From the NCBI GenBank assembly GCA_035221665.1, contig CM069134.1, forward strand, positions 112,344,001 through 112,408,000: a stretch of 64,000 nucleotides of DNA. The letters are read 5' to 3'. Below the pieces are notes generated by a model. The model was not told the origin of the DNA and searched no databases. It saw nothing but the letters and a program-made list of their open reading frames with translations. The stretch is from Okamejei kenojei. Its lineage: Eukaryota. How positions within the stretch are numbered: the stretch's first letter is position 1; each line of letters opens with the position of its first letter. A program made the position numbers and the translations under genes. Below, in pieces: positions 61,134 through 64,000 of this stretch.

Positions 61134-62385
61134 TAGAAACATAGAAAATAGGTGCAGGCGTAGGCCATTTGGCCCTTCGAGCCAGCACCAACATTTGATA
61201 CAATCATGGCATTTTATATTTAATACTTTCAGTTTAAAGGTGATGTGCAGTCAAATTTCTTTACACAGAGAATGGTGGGTGCCTGTAACGCACTGCCAGG
61301 GGTGGTGATGCAGGCAGATGCAATAGTGGCATTTAAGAGTCTTTGGGATAGGCAGAATGCAAGGAATGGAGGTACATGGATCTCGTGCAGGCAAAGAAGA
61401 TTAGTTTAACTTGGCAGAAAGGGTCTGAGAGGGTTGCTTCCTCTCCTCCTCTCCTCATTTGGTATGTGCCTGGCACACATACAGTATGTTCCATACGTTG
61501 CCCACGAGCATCATGATTGATGCCATCATCAGATAGCTAGTGCCACTCAGTAGCCATGATTTATTTTGTCAAGGCAGATGCCACAAAGGTAGTTCTGCAG
61601 GTAGAGCGAGTATTCAATTATTCCACGCTACTTTATTGTCACCTGTACCAGGTATAGTGAAATGCTTTGTATTGCCTACAAACTACAACCTTTGTATTAC
61701 CTAGGCCGTACACAAATGTAGCCACATTTTGACACCAACAAAGTTAAAAAAGTTCACTGAACAACACTTGGCTGCAGCCCCCATCCCCCCCCCTCTTCCC
61801 CGCTGGGTCCCCCTTCGTACTTGACGGCCCTCCTTGCTCTCCGATGGTCCTCCTCACTCTCGACAGTCTCCCTGCTTCTGTGCCTTATCTAATTAAGAGC
61901 CTACGTGTCATTTAAATGCAGCAGTTGTATCTGAATCCATCACCTCCTTTGGCAGCAAATTCTAGGAATCAGCCATTCTCTAAAAAAACTTTCCCCTCAA
62001 ATCTCTTTAAAAACTCCTTTCTCTCATCTTAAACCTCTTGTTTTTGATATCCCAGTCATGGGAAAAAAAGATTTTCATTATCTACCCAATCTACGCCTCT
62101 TATGTTTCTTTCAGCTAACCCCTCAGCCTCCTTCTCTCCAGGGAAAACAAACCCAGCCTATCCAATTTCTCCCATTAACTAATGTTAACTACCCAAGCAA
62201 CCTCCTGGAGAATTTCCTTTCCCCTTGCTTTTCACCTTGACCTCACATTACTTAGATACTTGCATCAAGCAGCGTTTAAGGAGATGAGACAGTTATCCGC
62301 ACTGCATGATTGAATAGGTTTGGTCAATACTCCATGGAGTTTAGAATAATTAGAGGTCATCTCATTTAGACATACAAGATGCCTG
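61134..62385. mobile_element. Mosaic of short CR1 3' fragments (61134-61210 -, 61225-61415 +, 61880-62230 -, 62270-62385 +) and a reversed Rex-like tail (about 61625-61870)
   Basis: Similarity to better-preserved copies in this window. Confidence 0.6.
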
Positions 62386-62699
62386 CATGACATGAGGCAG
62401 TGAAGTTGTTTGTAGTACTGCTAAAGATTTTATTTGGCTCGCATAATCTTGCAATCAACAGAATTCCACGAATTTAACAAAGCTATGTGCTTGGTGTGTC
62501 TGCTTTCTGGTAGCAGTGAATGACATTTTATCACCACCTTTGAAGAGTGAGTGAAAGTGTCGTCCTTCATTATCCAACTGTAGCAGACAAATTACTGTGG
62601 AGATGTTGGAAATAAACCCAGCCCCAGCCCAGTTAGAGTTCAACTGATAAAAGCTGATGTCCTTGATCATTCAATCAACAGAATACACTCCATTCCCAC

Positions 62700-62838
62700 C
62701 TCTCTTTTCCAGCTTTTTCTCCCCTACTCCAATAAAACTGAAGAAGGGTTCTGACCCGCAACGTTGCCTGTCCTTTCTCTCCAGAGATGCTGCCTGATCC
62801 ACGGAGATCCTCTTGCACTTTGTGTTTTGCTCATGATT
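62700..62838 (+). mobile_element. PLE pLTR fragment
   Basis: CTGAAGAAGGGTTCTGACCCGCAACG...CCAGAGATGCTGCCTG; GAAA core mutated to GCAA. Confidence 0.75.
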
Positions 62839-63914
62839 CCTGCACCAGCAGTTTCTTGAGCAGGCTACTCAGTTGCATCATAAGGGCTACATTATTCAAA
62901 TCCTCCCCAGACTATCAGGAGTTGAACTTTTTTACTTTGCATCGTTATCTCTCCCACATTAGCTGAGAGTTAGTTATGCGCTCAAACATCAAGCAATCCT
63001 ACCAATGGGACAGGTTTATGATTTTGCAAGAATCGATTAGAAAAAGTTGCTAGAAGGAAAATTGCTATTACATTAGTAGGAGGCATTCAAGGAGGTGTTG
63101 ATGATGAGGGTTCAGATAGATGTGTTTTTAATAAAAGGAAATAACAGTTTGCTTAATCTCAACTCGTATTGATATGTGGGAATATAGAGGATGAGAAAAA
63201 GGGAAATATTGACACATAACAAGTTCCAATAACTTTGAAAGTCTGAAGAATGTTACAAGGTCTAATGCAATAAAGAATTGTACGAGAATATCCTGGGAAC
63301 ACAAATCAATGAGAATGCTAACATTCTTAATCAATATTTGAAAGAAAAGAGAATAACAACAAAAAGAGTACATTCCCTTTGACACTAACATGGCTGTGTG
63401 TGGATGTAAGATGCATGTGTGGTTATGGATCAAAGTTGTGTGTGTGTGTGTGCTCATGGACACTGATACAGACATCAATATTAAAGAGGAAGTATTTTTT
63501 GTATTGGAGACAGAGGAGACACTAAGTAGTCTATGATCTTAACAAATCCAAAGCTGCTAATCATTAATCAAACGATCTCAGTTTTCAAAAGGAGTAAGTG
63601 ATATATGCACAGTTTCTGAATATCATCTTCTAATTTTCATTGCTTAAAGTGATGGCGTCTGTAGACTGGAATACCGCTGATTTGTTAACAATACTTAAAA
63701 ACGAAACGATGAACTGAATAATGGCAGGAACCGCAGACTAACATTGATGGTGGGCACGTATTGGAGATAATTCTAAGGAAGGGCATAATTCATAATTCAG
63801 TAAGTCATCGGTTGTTCCAGGATGGATGCAAGCACTTTTTTGATAAACAATAGAATTAATGAAGGAGATACATGACGAGTGGATGAGGGTAGTCCAGGTT
63901 ATGTATATATTCTG

Positions 63915-63995
63915 AAGAAAGACACAAACTGCTAAAGTAATTCCACAGAGCAGGCAGCAGCACTGGGAGAGAAGGAATGGGTGACCTGAAACATT
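63915..63995 (-). mobile_element. PLE pLTR fragment at window edge
   Basis: GACACAAACTGC...CAGGCAGCA...GAGAGAAGGAATGGGTGAC. Confidence 0.65.
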
Positions 63996-64000
63996 TACCA

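Noticed and set aside
1-64000. CRISPR array, operons or other prokaryotic systems
   Set aside because: No regularly spaced repeat-spacer array and no gene-dense coding; the content is vertebrate interspersed repeats.

Overview
Eukaryotic, repeat-dense vertebrate genomic DNA. The repeat repertoire suggests a cartilaginous fish, probably a skate or ray (inference): HE1-like tRNA/V-SINEs, CR1 LINEs with (TTTCTATG)n tails, Penelope-like elements, Rex1/Babar, L1/Tx1. No host gene could be identified confidently; a few splice-bounded candidate exons are listed at low confidence. Nearly all long ORFs are retroelement RT/endonuclease fragments or their antisense frames. Points of note: (i) many Penelope-derived repeats carry a minimal hammerhead-ribozyme motif, and several form short TSD-flanked palindromic mini-elements; (ii) PIF/Harbinger-type MITEs, one containing a copy of another MITE's flank from 4.3 kb away; (iii) a 7.6 kb nest in which one CR1 is interrupted by two other CR1s and a full-length Rex1/Babar LINE that itself carries about 530 bp of foreign DNA; (iv) a 4.5 kb L1-clade element inserted into a SINE; (v) a GC-rich non-autonomous family with a conserved stem-loop and Rex-like tail. 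Family names come from motif recognition, not database searches. Boundaries without a stated TSD are approximate.
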